Of a stretch of 64,000 bases of DNA, positions 1 to 10,011 are shown piece after piece. The DNA lies in IMG/VR virus record IMGVR_UViG_3300049893_000899, positions 1 through 64,000 of that record, one strand, 5' to 3'. Source of the stretch: a virus. Under the pieces are notes generated by a model. That model made no database searches, was not told the origin of the DNA, and was given only the letters and a program-made list of their open reading frames with translations. Within the stretch, counting starts at the first letter, position 1. Each line of letters starts with the position of its first letter. A program made the position numbers and the translations under genes.

Positions 1-2309
1 TCCTTCTCTCTCTGTTGAGCTTCACTCGTCTGTCTTGACTTCTCGATAGCTTTATTACCCCATTCAATAACGTCAGGGATATTATTCATATTTCTATCTT
101 TCTCTTCATCAAAACCAGAAGCAACAATAGTAGCTTTAAGAATATCATTCTCTCTATCAAGTTGATTCTCCATAGCCTCAAACTCTCTAGCCTCTCTCTT
201 ATCTTGTAATTGAGCCTGAACAGCTTGATCTCTTGATTCTCTTTCAGCTTGAGCTTGTTGAGCTTGACTCTGTTCAAGTCTAACCTCTCCATTCTCAATA
301 TATTCAATACCTTCAATAAGAGAAGCAGATCTGTATAATTTAGCCAAGTCAGAAAGATTAACCTTACCCTGTTGTAAAGCAGCTTCTGCCAATGCTTCAA
401 TGCGCATTTTATTTCTCTTATCTTTAGAGTAGTTAGAGATAAACACTCCAATATCAGAATCCATTAACATCTCTCCGTCAACAAGTAAAGATTGTACTGT
501 ATTGTCTTTCGACATATAAGTGAATCTTTTCCCTCCAGCAGTAGTAAACTTAGACATCTCAATATAAGCTGTTAATACAGCTTGTTTAATCTCGTCATGT
601 CTAAAGAAGTAATGCTCAGTAATATAGCCTGAATTAATTAAAGCTGTATTAAGACCAGTAGTAGTTTCATATTGAGAAGTGGAGCCAAGTTGTTGTGGGT
701 TCATTCCGCACACTTGGTCCATCAGGAACTCAATCTTAGCCATAATACCAATATACTGTTGTACTACGTTAGCTAAAGACAAGTCTATACTCTGGAACTG
801 ATTAAACCTAGAAACAGAGTTAGGATCTCCATCTCTACCTTCTTCCATTGAGTTAATCCAAGCAATACCAAGGTTATCAAAGTAGTACATCCATTGCTTC
901 ATGTCTATACCGTTTGATTTAGGTATCTGAGCCAAGTCAAACACCATCTTCTTACCTTTTGCTTTAGCTATCTCATTTTCAAGTCTTAACCAGATAGTAT
1001 TATACAACATCTGATACGGAGCAAGTAAATCAACTATACTTGTCGCTTCAGAGTTTAAGTTATTATACAATCCACCAATATAAGGAGACCACACCTCTGT
1101 AGGGCTGTCAATCTTTCTCATTTGGTTTCTACAAGGATTAATGTCAACATAGATGTCAGCGCCAATCTTATGTCCCATCCAATATTCTGGCAACCATTGC
1201 CACTCTAAAGTAGCCCCAATAGCTTTAAGCTCTTCTGTTAGCTTGAATGAATCATCTACGTCTTCCGTCATTGGCATCCCAGATTCAGGATCAACATACG
1301 AAAGATATCCAATCTTCTTCATTGACTTCCACACACAAGTAACAACTCTAATGTTTCCATTGTATCGTTGATTTACATTGTATGTATCTAAATCCTTCAT
1401 TGTAGCCGCATCATACGCGAATCCAGGGTACATGATATTGTTACTCATTGAGTTAACAATCTCCCCATCATCAAGCATCTTCAGTTGAGCTTCAGTAAGG
1501 TATAATCCAAATTCATCTATAACTTCCCCTCTTGACATGAAGCGTTCCTCTCTCTGCCAATCAGATAAGTGAACCCATTCAGTCTCAGGCCCTTTTTCAA
1601 ACTCAAAGTTTAATGGGTTTACAACCCTTAAAGACGTCCTTCCATTTACCGCCCCAACATAATAAACCTCTTCTGAAGCTATTGCGGCATGGCTGAATCC
1701 TTTGTTAAACTTAGCCGGCAATCTATCTGAGTGCATTGCATCTTCAACTATCACTGAAGCGTAATGTTCTCTGATGTCTCTAATTGTTCTGCCGGTGTTC
1801 ATTTGTTTCTTAAGCTCCTTGAAAGAAAGGATTGAATCCATCTTTTGCTCAATCTCTGGATCATTTGGATCAAGCTGAAAAATAGCCATTAACTTCTGCT
1901 GTGTAGTCATTAACAACTCTTGTGTCTGTTGTTCTACCTTAGAGTTAACAACGTGGCCACCAACTCCAACAACATGGTAATCAAACGGTCGCTCTAACTC
2001 TTCCCCAACCAATCTATCAACCCTAATCCTTACTAAGTTATAGTCTCTAAGCTTAGAAGGAGAACCTCCAAACTGTCCGCCAAACTTAAAAGGGTCTGTC
2101 ACATACTTATAATTCTCCTCATTTATTCTGGAGTTCATTAAGTCATAGTTAGCCTGTTTGCTTTGCTTAGATGAACGACCATTCCTCTTCAAAGAGAAAG
2201 CCATACCATCAACAGCATCAACACATTGCTCTCTCCATTTGTCAGTCTTCTTTGACAAAGGAAGCATCTGTTGAGGTAAATACCTCTGGATATTAATGTC
2301 TGTACTCAT
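1..2309 (-). CDS. Portal protein (3' end beyond window)
   Basis: Not in the ORF track because it runs off the edge. ATG at 2309 abuts the terminase stop; N-terminus MSTDINIQRYLPQQMLPLSKKTDKWREQCVDA resembles crAss-like portal N-termini; TerL-portal gene order. Confidence 0.85.
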   Translation of the reverse strand, partial: MSTDINIQRYLPQQMLPLSKKTDKWREQCVDAVDGMAFSLKRNGRSSKQSKQANYDLMNSRINEENYKYVTDPFKFGGQFGGSPSKLRDYNLVRIRVDRLVGEELERPFDYHVVGVGGHVVNSKVEQQTQELLMTTQQKLMAIFQLDPNDPEIEQKMDSILSFKELKKQMNTGRTIRDIREHYASVIVEDAMHSDRLPAKFNKGFSHAAIASEEVYYVGAVNGRTSLRVVNPLNFEFEKGPETEWVHLSDWQREERFMSRGEVIDEFGLYLTEAQLKMLDDGEIVNSMSNNIMYPGFAYDAATMKDLDTYNVNQRYNGNIRVVTCVWKSMKKIGYLSYVDPESGMPMTEDVDDSFKLTEELKAIGATLEWQWLPEYWMGHKIGADIYVDINPCRNQMRKIDSPTEVWSPYIGGLYNNLNSEATSIVDLLAPYQMLYNTIWLRLENEIAKAKGKKMVFDLAQIPKSNGIDMKQWMYYFDNLGIAWINSMEEGRDGDPNSVSRFNQFQSIDLSLANVVQQYIGIMAKIEFLMDQVCGMNPQQLGSTSQYETTTGLNTALINSGYITEHYFFRHDEIKQAVLTAYIEMSKFTTAGGKRFTYMSKDNTVQSLLVDGEMLMDSDIGVFISNYSKDKRNKMRIEALAEAALQQGKVNLSDLAKLYRSASLIEGIEYIENGEVRLEQSQAQQAQAERESRDQAVQAQLQDKREAREFEAMENQLDRENDILKATIVASGFDEEKDRNMNNIPDVIEWGNKAIEKSRQTSEAQQREK

Positions 2310-4511
2310 TTATTCAAATAGTTTTTCTTCAAGAAAGAAATCCTTTCTAATCTTTTTACCCGAACCTTCCTCTATCTTTATGTAATGATGTTGGAGTCTA
2401 TTGCATATAAGTAATAAGAACGCTATTACACGGTCAAAGTTACCTGTCTTATTATACGATATCAACTCCTTCAACAAACCAGCAGAGAATATCTTGTTTA
2501 CTCCAAGAACACCAGCTTCATCTTCTTCATTAAGCCAGTCCCTCGCGTAAATCTCAAGCTCCTCCTTAATCTTGTTTGTCATATGTATGCCGTAATCCCT
2601 ATCTACATTACTCTTTTCTGTAGCCTTAAGAAATGTAGGCATTTTTGCTAACAAATGTAACGATTTTTTTTGCTTAAAGTGAAACTTCATTGAATTTTTC
2701 TCATTCTCGTACAGATTGGTAGCGTTATAATAAGCACACAATCTCCTAACATTCTCATGGTGTTCTTCTGCCCTATCAGGTCTTGCAGTGTATTCAGCAA
2801 CAATAAACTCCCTCGCGCTGCCGTGTCTAAAGTCGCCAATCTTATAGATAAAAGTAGATCCTAACGAAACTGAGTTAGGAGCCTTGTCTTGGTCATAGGG
2901 GTCTGTCGCTGCAATATACATACCATAAGGAATCTCTCCAGGTGCCGGGTGTTCCCATATCTGTACTGAACCAGTGGTATCATCTGTAGATTTCATTGGA
3001 AACCCACAAGCTCTTTTCTTGTTATGTAAATCCGGAGACCACTTAACGCCATACGTAGCATTAGGATCCGAAACTAAATCACCTAGTTGTCCATTTACTT
3101 GAGGAATATCGCAGTTTTCTACAAACTTCAACTGATCAATTAAGTCTGCAATAGGGAATATGTTACCTCCGGATATTAAGAAAGCTTCAGAAGGCACAAT
3201 AGGGTTGTTTTGTAGTTCATTATTCAACGGTTCTTTACTTGAACCTGAAGCCAACTTGTCCCTCTTGCTGTCAATATATTTCATTGCCTGTTCCTTCTTA
3301 GTGAACAGGTTATTGTCTTTGAAGTCATTCAAGCCTTTATAGTAAGGCAAGAAGTAACCTATCTTCTTTGCTGAGCCTTCAAAAGCATCAGAAAATCCTA
3401 AACAGTCAAACTGCTCAGGGTTATAGAATATCTCTTTAAGCTGTTCTGTAGCTCCAGAGATCATTTCACCACCGGTACCAAAAACCCATATAACTCCAAA
3501 TTTAGAAGAGGAGTTCATGGTATTCTCTTTCAAGGCACCCATGGCATCAATAAGGTTAGACATAAAACCTGCCTCTTCAATAAAGACTAAGTTGTTACGC
3601 AAACCGTTACCTGCTGTAGCCTTCTCTTGGAATGTTCTATGTGATATCATAGAACCACTACCCTTCACCTTACCAGTCTTCAAGTCTTTAACACTTGCCA
3701 ACATATCCTTACCAGGCATCAATGACCCTGAAGTTTCATGCTGGAAAGGAGCCATATAGTACATATCCCCCTCTTCAAAAGAACCATATAGGTTATTATA
3801 CCCATCAAGGAACTTATCAAGCAAACCCTTGCTATACTTAGCATCAAACGCTCCAACAAGAGAAGAACTTCGTAAAGGCTCCCCTGCTTTTTTAGCATCT
3901 ACATACTGTTCATATCCTTCAGCTCCATCTGTAATAAAGTTATGACATAACAAAGCCGCAGCAAAGAAAGACTTACCAGTACCCCTGGCCTCAAGGTCAA
4001 CAACATTCTTAGCTTCGTTCTTATATAAAGGAATACCACTTAGATTGTGGCTATCCCAAAGATAACTCAACGCGTCTACATACTCCTTAAAAGAACCATC
4101 TTCTTTAAACACTGTAACATCAAGGAAGTGAAACCTATAGTCTTCTTTTATAGCTTCAAAGTCTCCATTATACTCTTCGTTAAGTTCTTTTACAAGCCTA
4201 ACACAGGTCTTTTCTTTATCATCACTGAAGCCAGAAAAGCCTTTAGCTACAAGATAGATATAGGCTTTCTCCCATTCATTATCTCGTAGCCAAGGCCTTC
4301 CTAATATCTCCTGTTTAGAAAACCTATCTTTCTTAACCTTAATCTTGAAGTGGTTAACATAGAAGTAAAGAACCCCAGGGCAATAATACCCTCCAGCCCA
4401 CATACCATCAAAGACTCTTCTCTTCTCGTCCTTCCAGTATATCTTGTACTCCATACTTTTAGGATGAAAGATTGGAGCCTCGTTGAAAGTATATAAACTA
4501 GGATTTCTCAT
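2310..4511 (-). CDS. terL: Terminase large subunit
   Basis: Walker A ARGTGKS, Walker B-like VFIEEAG, motif III GTGG, RNase H-like nuclease with ATDPYD and FDRVIAF; crAss-like architecture. Confidence 0.93.
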   Translation of the reverse strand: MRNPSLYTFNEAPIFHPKSMEYKIYWKDEKRRVFDGMWAGGYYCPGVLYFYVNHFKIKVKKDRFSKQEILGRPWLRDNEWEKAYIYLVAKGFSGFSDDKEKTCVRLVKELNEEYNGDFEAIKEDYRFHFLDVTVFKEDGSFKEYVDALSYLWDSHNLSGIPLYKNEAKNVVDLEARGTGKSFFAAALLCHNFITDGAEGYEQYVDAKKAGEPLRSSSLVGAFDAKYSKGLLDKFLDGYNNLYGSFEEGDMYYMAPFQHETSGSLMPGKDMLASVKDLKTGKVKGSGSMISHRTFQEKATAGNGLRNNLVFIEEAGFMSNLIDAMGALKENTMNSSSKFGVIWVFGTGGEMISGATEQLKEIFYNPEQFDCLGFSDAFEGSAKKIGYFLPYYKGLNDFKDNNLFTKKEQAMKYIDSKRDKLASGSSKEPLNNELQNNPIVPSEAFLISGGNIFPIADLIDQLKFVENCDIPQVNGQLGDLVSDPNATYGVKWSPDLHNKKRACGFPMKSTDDTTGSVQIWEHPAPGEIPYGMYIAATDPYDQDKAPNSVSLGSTFIYKIGDFRHGSAREFIVAEYTARPDRAEEHHENVRRLCAYYNATNLYENEKNSMKFHFKQKKSLHLLAKMPTFLKATEKSNVDRDYGIHMTNKIKEELEIYARDWLNEEDEAGVLGVNKIFSAGLLKELISYNKTGNFDRVIAFLLLICNRLQHHYIKIEEGSGKKIRKDFFLEEKLFE

Positions 4512-4836
4512 TCGCTTCTCTCTCTCTTCTTTCTTCTAAACTACCATAACTAAGTCTACATAAAGCAGTGAAGTCCATTTTGTCCCTCTCTTCTTCTGAT
4601 AACTTATAAAACTCAGGTCTAGCGTGCTTAACACGCCTTCTTAATGTCCACACTCCAAGGCCAGGTAATATTATACTCTTAACCTCTGGATCGTCCATCA
4701 TCTTAGTTATCAAGTCAAACTGAGCCATAAACACTAAGTCTATATCCTCCGGCTTTAACTTAGTACCATCAGCACTAACTCCACCAAGTCTCTCAATAAC
4801 TCTCTTATAAATTTTTAATCTTTGCTGTGTTAACAT
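4498..4836 (-). CDS. IHF/HU-like DNA-binding protein
   Basis: Helical N-terminus followed by IILPGLGVWTLRRR, resembling the HU/IHF 'lxGFGxF' strand. Confidence 0.55.
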   Translation of the reverse strand: MLTQQRLKIYKRVIERLGGVSADGTKLKPEDIDLVFMAQFDLITKMMDDPEVKSIILPGLGVWTLRRRVKHARPEFYKLSEEERDKMDFTALCRLSYGSLEERREREANEKS

Positions 4837-4838
4837 AT

Positions 4839-5420
4839 CTAGTCTATCATTTCTTGTGTTGAAACCTTACTTCCTTTAGCTTTACCCTCTTCAACCATAA
4901 GTTGATTATAGATAATATTATAATGCTCGAACAACTGCTTAGTATTCTTAAGCATCTCGTCCAACATCTTAGTATTTCCTTTTACCTCTTTATCATTCTC
5001 TTCATCATAATAATCTCCAGTAAAAGGAGTAGCCTCAAGAAACTTATCCCTTTCATTAAGCTTCTCTTCCCAAACTCTCAAACTTCTCCTAAGCTTAGTC
5101 TCACACAAAGCCCTCCACATCTCAATATACTCTTCAAACTTCTTGTGGTTCTTGGCATAATACTCAGGATCTCCAAATAAAGACTGACCAAGAATAGTAA
5201 ACTTACCATGCTTACCATAATCCGCCATATCATAATATATACTCTTGTAGTCAGTAGTTAGTGCTATAAACCACATAAACTTACTAGAAGTCATCTTCCC
5301 TATACTCTTATCCGCTTCGTACTGCTTCCTAAACAAAGGAACAGTCTTCAGGTCAGGGTGCAAAGTCCAGAAACTCTTAGTAAAATCCTGACTATTCAAT
5401 AAACTCTTCTTCGCTGACAT
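4839..5420 (-). CDS. Helical protein upstream of TerL, possible terminase small subunit
   Basis: Position and size only (193 aa, helical, coiled-coil C-terminus). Confidence 0.35.
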   Translation of the reverse strand: MSAKKSLLNSQDFTKSFWTLHPDLKTVPLFRKQYEADKSIGKMTSSKFMWFIALTTDYKSIYYDMADYGKHGKFTILGQSLFGDPEYYAKNHKKFEEYIEMWRALCETKLRRSLRVWEEKLNERDKFLEATPFTGDYYDEENDKEVKGNTKMLDEMLKNTKQLFEHYNIIYNQLMVEEGKAKGSKVSTQEMID

Positions 5421-5763
5421 CTCCTAATTCAAATTTAATGTTTAACTCTGTTCTTGGCAGCAATAAGTCATTCAACCTATAACTGTCTGTTTCCCTATCA
5501 TAAAGGAAACAGCCCTTATCCCTAAGTGACTTCAAATGGTTATTGAAAGAACTTATAGATAAATCCCTTCTCAACTCAACCTTACTCTTAACAGAAAACA
5601 ACTCAAGCTCTGGATAATCAGATTCAACAAGTAGCTTCCTGTATAAAATAACAAACCTTACCAATAAGATAAACTCTGTATCGGTAAGGTCTACAACACC
5701 CTTAAAGAATCTAAGGTAAGAGTCGACAAAGGATTCCTCACTGTGAATAGAAATCCTTATCAT
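5392..5763 (-). CDS. Winged helix-turn-helix protein
   Basis: LTDTEFILL...LRRDLSISSFNNHLKSLRDKG followed by a beta-hairpin wing. Confidence 0.6.
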   Translation of the reverse strand: MIRISIHSEESFVDSYLRFFKGVVDLTDTEFILLVRFVILYRKLLVESDYPELELFSVKSKVELRRDLSISSFNNHLKSLRDKGCFLYDRETDSYRLNDLLLPRTELNIKFELGDVSEEEFIE

Positions 5764-5767
5764 ATCC

Positions 5768-6118
5768 TTACCCTTTTATCCTAGAGGCTACTCTGTGGAA
5801 GTCAACAAGAACATAAACCTTACCATCAAAAGATATCTCTTCAAAAACACAACCGTTCTTAAATAGCAACATATCTCCAACAACAGGAAAATCATCATTC
5901 TTTTCTGAAGCCACAGAAACAGCAACAACTTTCATTACTAACTCCTTCTTAGCGTCTTCAGACTCAAGAGCTAAACCCTTAAATAAATCAGGCTTATCCT
6001 TGTCTTTCACTTCAAAAGGATCAACTTTCTTCATAGCCTTATAATATAAATCATTAGGCTCCAATAAAATACTGTTCCCAAAAGGAACTAATCTACATTC
6101 TTCTGTCTTCTCTTTCAT
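5768..6118 (-). CDS. GroES/Cpn10-like co-chaperonin
   Basis: LVPFGNSILLEP...VVAVS...VGDMLLF...EISFDGKVYVLV matches the GroES pattern, with a long mobile loop. Confidence 0.75.
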   Translation of the reverse strand: MKEKTEECRLVPFGNSILLEPNDLYYKAMKKVDPFEVKDKDKPDLFKGLALESEDAKKELVMKVVAVSVASEKNDDFPVVGDMLLFKNGCVFEEISFDGKVYVLVDFHRVASRIKG

Positions 6119-6135
6119 GTTCTATCTAAATTAAA

Positions 6136-6411
6136 TTACTTTTTCTTACTCTTAACAATCTCAGAAGGATTTATCATTTCTACCTTCTCCTCTTTATCAG
6201 TATTGTCATCCTTAGTAAAGATTTCTCTGACAGCTTCAACAGCAGATTCAAGTACCGAGGGTTTCTCCTCCTTCTTAATCTCCTTCTTCCCAATAACAAT
6301 CTTACCATCAGTAATCTCTTTAACCTCTAACTCAACTCCAGAAGCATCAACAACAGTGAAACTGTACCCGTTATACTTCTCCATAATAGACTTAAATTCA
6401 TTTGCAATCAT
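6136..6411 (-). CDS. Hypothetical protein
   Basis: ORF in operon-like spacing. Confidence 0.6.
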   Translation of the reverse strand: MIANEFKSIMEKYNGYSFTVVDASGVELEVKEITDGKIVIGKKEIKKEEKPSVLESAVEAVREIFTKDDNTDKEEKVEMINPSEIVKSKKK

Positions 6412-6569
6412 ATAGCGTATTTGTTTTTAACTTTATCTACAATTCTATACGGAACACTGTTAACCCCAGATCTATAAGCTTTATCAGTAGGTATCGTAAC
6501 TCCATATCCAGCCGGGATATCCTTCCAAGGATTCTCCTTCTTCTCCTTATTCTTTCCTTTCTTTCCCAT
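6408..6569 (-). CDS. Small basic hypothetical protein (53 aa, MGKKGKNKEKKENPW...)
   Basis: Read manually; its TGA overlaps the ATG of the next gene (ATGA coupling). Confidence 0.5.
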   Translation of the reverse strand: MGKKGKNKEKKENPWKDIPAGYGVTIPTDKAYRSGVNSVPYRIVDKVKNKYAI

Positions 6570-6733
6570 TATCTATAATATTAAGCACAATACTAAAAAA
6601 AAATCCCAACAATTGCAAACACAATTGAAGGGATTAATTACAGATAGACAGAAAGAACACTACAAACATAAATAAAAAACAAATATTTACCCATCATTAT
6701 GTCCAATTTGCCATTAACGAACAATTAATAGAG

Positions 6734-7261
6734 CTATTTTGTGTTGCCCTTTTTACTTAAATCATCAAATACACTAGTGCAATCTTTATGGAAAAACTTA
6801 GACTTCCTTGCTAAAGTAGGATTCATCATTATCCATACACATTCCTTCCCATCCTTCATACCTCTTATGTAGTATATTATAGATTCTTCAAATAATCTCT
6901 TCATAAAACTAGCATATTTATTCCTGCTATAATCAAGATCACTCATTAAAGTGTCTTTAGTATGGTATTGCTTAGTCTTCTTGTCAAACAATATATTATA
7001 ACACGACTTAACCATGTCACACATCTGAAAAATCCTCCCACACTCAACAACACTAAACTTACTTTGAATAAACTCCCTAGCCCTAGAGTCAATTACAACG
7101 TATTCATTGTAATTAACAACAACCATGTCCTCGTTCTTGTCCCTCTTATTTACCTTCTCCAAGTAAACATTACCCTGCTCGTCAGACAACAACTCGCCAG
7201 TCTCAATATTAACATATTTACTAGCATCTATAAACTCCCTTTTTGTTTCTTTCTTCTTCAT
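6734..7261 (-). CDS. RepL-like / wHTH DNA-binding protein
   Basis: N-terminal YVNIETGEL motif and C-terminal HTH-wing ending MMNPTLA, like plasmid RepL-type proteins. Confidence 0.5.
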   Translation of the reverse strand: MKKKETKREFIDASKYVNIETGELLSDEQGNVYLEKVNKRDKNEDMVVVNYNEYVVIDSRAREFIQSKFSVVECGRIFQMCDMVKSCYNILFDKKTKQYHTKDTLMSDLDYSRNKYASFMKRLFEESIIYYIRGMKDGKECVWIMMNPTLARKSKFFHKDCTSVFDDLSKKGNTK

Positions 7262-7264
7262 ACT

Positions 7265-7328
7265 TGCACCATTTTTGGTGCAATATAAGGGTTTTTAACG
7301 AAAAAGTGCACCATTTTTGGTGCAATAT
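7265..7328. promoter_or_regulatory. Two identical 22-bp palindromic sites TGCACCATTTTTGGTGCAATAT
   Basis: Copies at 7265-7286 and 7307-7328, 42 bp apart, directly upstream of the RepL-like start. Confidence 0.65.
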
Positions 7329-7762
7329 TTTTCCACAAATACACACTAAACAATCTCAACATCAGTCACTTACAACAAAAAACAAAATCTATTCTATATT
7401 AGTATATTAGAGAGTATATCTAAACTAAACAACAAATACAACTAGTGTTAATGAAAATAAAAAAGGAAGAACCATATCAAGTAATGCGTGCACCTTGGAA
7501 AAATTAAGGATAATGCGTACGAGTAGGCTTGACTACCGTTCAACCCCCGACTGTCATTGCGTTTTCGGAAGCCACCCTCGTTGTGGTGATCTAACTTTTT
7601 TTGAGAGGAAAACGAAGAGGGGGGGGGTAGTAGTAAAAAGAATGTTATTTAGTTAGAGAAGAGAGAGAGATGAATGAATCAAGCATCAACAAGAATGAAG
7701 AGAGAGTGACGACAGTCTACGACTGTCTGTTTGTTGACTTCAACAAAGTAATAAAGAAGTGA

Positions 7763-8002
7763 GTGATGTGTTGTTTTCTTATTACGATGAAAAGGGACTT
7801 AACTTTAAGTCAGGTAATCGCCATAGGTGTGGTTGCCTGGCTAATTGTTGTTGTGGCGAACATGAAGCCACAGCAACAAAGATATCGTGTTATATCCGAA
7901 AGGAATGACACGATAGAGTGCTACGACACGCAGTCGTCGTGGCAGGGATTAGCTATCGTTAAGAACGGCAGAATAATCCGCGTAGCAACAGAGCATAAGT
8001 AG
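7763..8002 (+). CDS. Small membrane protein
   Basis: One TM helix (VIAIGVVAWLIVVVA); first plus-strand gene; true start may be MKRDL. Confidence 0.5.
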   Translation: MMCCFLITMKRDLTLSQVIAIGVVAWLIVVVANMKPQQQRYRVISERNDTIECYDTQSSWQGLAIVKNGRIIRVATEHK

Positions 8003-8294
8003 CTCTGTTGTTTTTTTGTTTTGATGGAGAAAAAACTTCTTCTGATAACATTGGCTTTAATGCTGATGTTATCAGCGGTTATGCTGATTACCGCCTACAT
8101 CAGCAACAACCCAACAGCTTTGGGTTGCGCCATTGCGGCGACAGCCATTACGATGGCAATGTTCCCTATCTACTTCAAGGAGGTGGATAGTGAATAAAAG
8201 ACTTGCAGTCGGCAAGTATAAAAACCGACTTGAAAAAGATATCGAGATTATCGACATCAAATACCTTCAGTGGTATAAACTGAAAGTAAACAAA

Positions 8295-8323
8295 TGGACA
8301 CATTAACGTGTCCTTTTTTTTTC
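8295..8323 (+). terminator. Rho-independent terminator
   Basis: GGACAC-ATTAAC-GTGTCC followed by a T-run. Confidence 0.7.
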
Positions 8324-8416
8324 TTCGCACGCCCAAACATCACAACTAAACATCTATCTCTACCTTACGCTCAATCAATCAGTCGTTAAACTACGTTTAA
8401 CAACTGACACAAGGCA

Positions 8417-9085
8417 ATGATAAATATGTTTGCATCCATGTGGTTTTTTTATTTTGATATTATATTTTGCAAGAATATGTTAGCTAACGCCAAAGCTACA
8501 TCAGCACAAGGTGCTGTTGTAGCAACTGAGGGTATCTCAGTTGAAGTATTTATGAAATCCCTAATATGCGAGGGTGAAACGTTCTTCTATAAGAACGTTG
8601 AGTGTATCGTGACATCGGTACACAACCACCAAGGTACCATGCTTGTCAACCTTAACATCTATGATCCACAGATCATAGGTAGCCTTCATGAAGGCATGGA
8701 AACTATTCCATACAGCATTCTAAACAAATTTCAGGCACACCTTAATGTGCCTAAGCCTGAAGACGAGAGGTTCGGTGCTGTAATGTCCCTTCGCAAGGGC
8801 GACAGAATTATAGTCGATGTTCGTTCGGCGAAACACACCAAGGACGGTGTGTTACAGCCTTTAAGCGCTGAACGTAAACCTTACTTTGAGGCTTACTGTA
8901 ACTTCCTGAAAGACAATGGGTTACCAGCTCCTAGCTCGTATACATTCTTAAATGTATACTACGTTAAGAGTGTTCAATCCGACGCGACAGCCGGTAGAGC
9001 CCTTGTAAGTCGCATTTTAGGTGCGTCTACTACACCTAATGCACCTGTTATCCCGATGAATTCGGACGACGAAACACCGTTCTAA
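8417..9085 (+). CDS. Hypothetical early protein with SSB-like C-terminal tail (DDETPF)
   Basis: 222-aa ORF (start probably at MLANAK) ending in an acidic-PF tail. Confidence 0.6.
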   Translation: MINMFASMWFFYFDIIFCKNMLANAKATSAQGAVVATEGISVEVFMKSLICEGETFFYKNVECIVTSVHNHQGTMLVNLNIYDPQIIGSLHEGMETIPYSILNKFQAHLNVPKPEDERFGAVMSLRKGDRIIVDVRSAKHTKDGVLQPLSAERKPYFEAYCNFLKDNGLPAPSSYTFLNVYYVKSVQSDATAGRALVSRILGASTTPNAPVIPMNSDDETPF

Positions 9086-9135
9086 CGGTGTTGGTGCAAT
9101 ACATAGCTACAACCGCATTGGTTGTAGTTATGTTT

Positions 9136-9187
9136 TATTGTGAGTACAGATTGGTGTGCCATAGGGTTCGAGTCCCTATCACGGTAC
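9136..9187 (+). ncRNA. tRNA-like element lacking an anticodon arm
   Basis: Acceptor TATTGTG/CACGGTA, D-arm GTAC-AGATTGGT-GTGC, T-arm ATAGGG-TTCGAGT-CCCTAT, with no arm between D and T. Confidence 0.55.
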
Positions 9188-9280
9188 AAGGTACCAATAT
9201 GCGTGGGAAACGGTTTGAATGTAGTTCAAGGAACGAAAAGGACCCGAAGCGCATAAACCCTATCTAAAGAGTAGATAGGT

Positions 9281-9311
9281 AAACAGCCGTACTATGTACG
9301 GTTGTTTTTTT
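9281..9311 (+). terminator. Rho-independent terminator
   Basis: AACAGCCGTAC-TAT-GTACGGTTGTT followed by a T-run. Confidence 0.7.
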
Positions 9312-9367
9312 CTACCTACGGAAAGTGGAAATTTTATCGAATATGAAGAGCATTTCGATAAATTACA

Positions 9368-9403
9368 AAAAAAGGCAAGAAAATAATTCTTGCCTTTTTT
9401 TTA
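9368..9403. terminator. Bidirectional terminator-like hairpin
   Basis: A-run, GGCAAGAA-AATAA-TTCTTGCC, T-run. Confidence 0.65.
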
Positions 9404-9597
9404 TTATGAAATGTATGAAAAATATTAAAATAAAAAATTGTTCAGTCAGAGTAAGATCTTTGGCTGAACCATTAGGATTTAAAACGCTATTAGCGTTTTA
9501 TAAATTCCTAAAGCAATGTAATCCAAACGCAAGAATAGCGTTTGGAGTGTCGCATGTTAGAGCGGTAGACGCTCGAAAGCTATGCGAAAGAGAGGCG

Positions 9598-9624
9598 GAG
9601 AGTGCTTAGCACTCTTTTTTTCTT
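9598..9624 (+). terminator. Rho-independent terminator
   Basis: GAGAGTGC-TTA-GCACTCTT followed by a T-run, just after ORF 9325-9609. Confidence 0.65.
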
Positions 9625-10011
9625 TCAATAAATGGTTAAAACTCACTTCGTTTCGTTTTTAGTCAATGATTAAAACATTCCTTACGTCATGTTTTAAATT
9701 GCTTACGCAAGAGTATTGCTTACGCATGAATAGCTTCGCGACACAGGCTTACGCGAACTACAATAGCTTCGCGCTAAGCAAAAAAAACATTACATCGCTT
9801 GTTTTTTTAACGGTTAAATTGTGGCGGAAATTACTCCACTGCGTTACGTAATTGTCCTTCAATTTAACCTAAAAAACTGCGCTTTGAGTTTGCTACAGGC
9901 TTACGCGCTGAGCATAATGGTGCTGCGCAGGATTCAGTCATCTCTTTTGCTATTTTGTAGCAAGATATATATTGTAGAAAAATAATTTATTAATTTAAAC
10001 ATTGTAATTAA

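Noticed and set aside
86-1371. ORFs 86-451 (-) and 1153-1371 (+)
   Set aside because: Shadow frames inside the portal gene.
9666-9851. 61-aa ORF across the GCTTACGC motif cluster
   Set aside because: Its sequence is dictated by the DNA repeats; probably non-coding.
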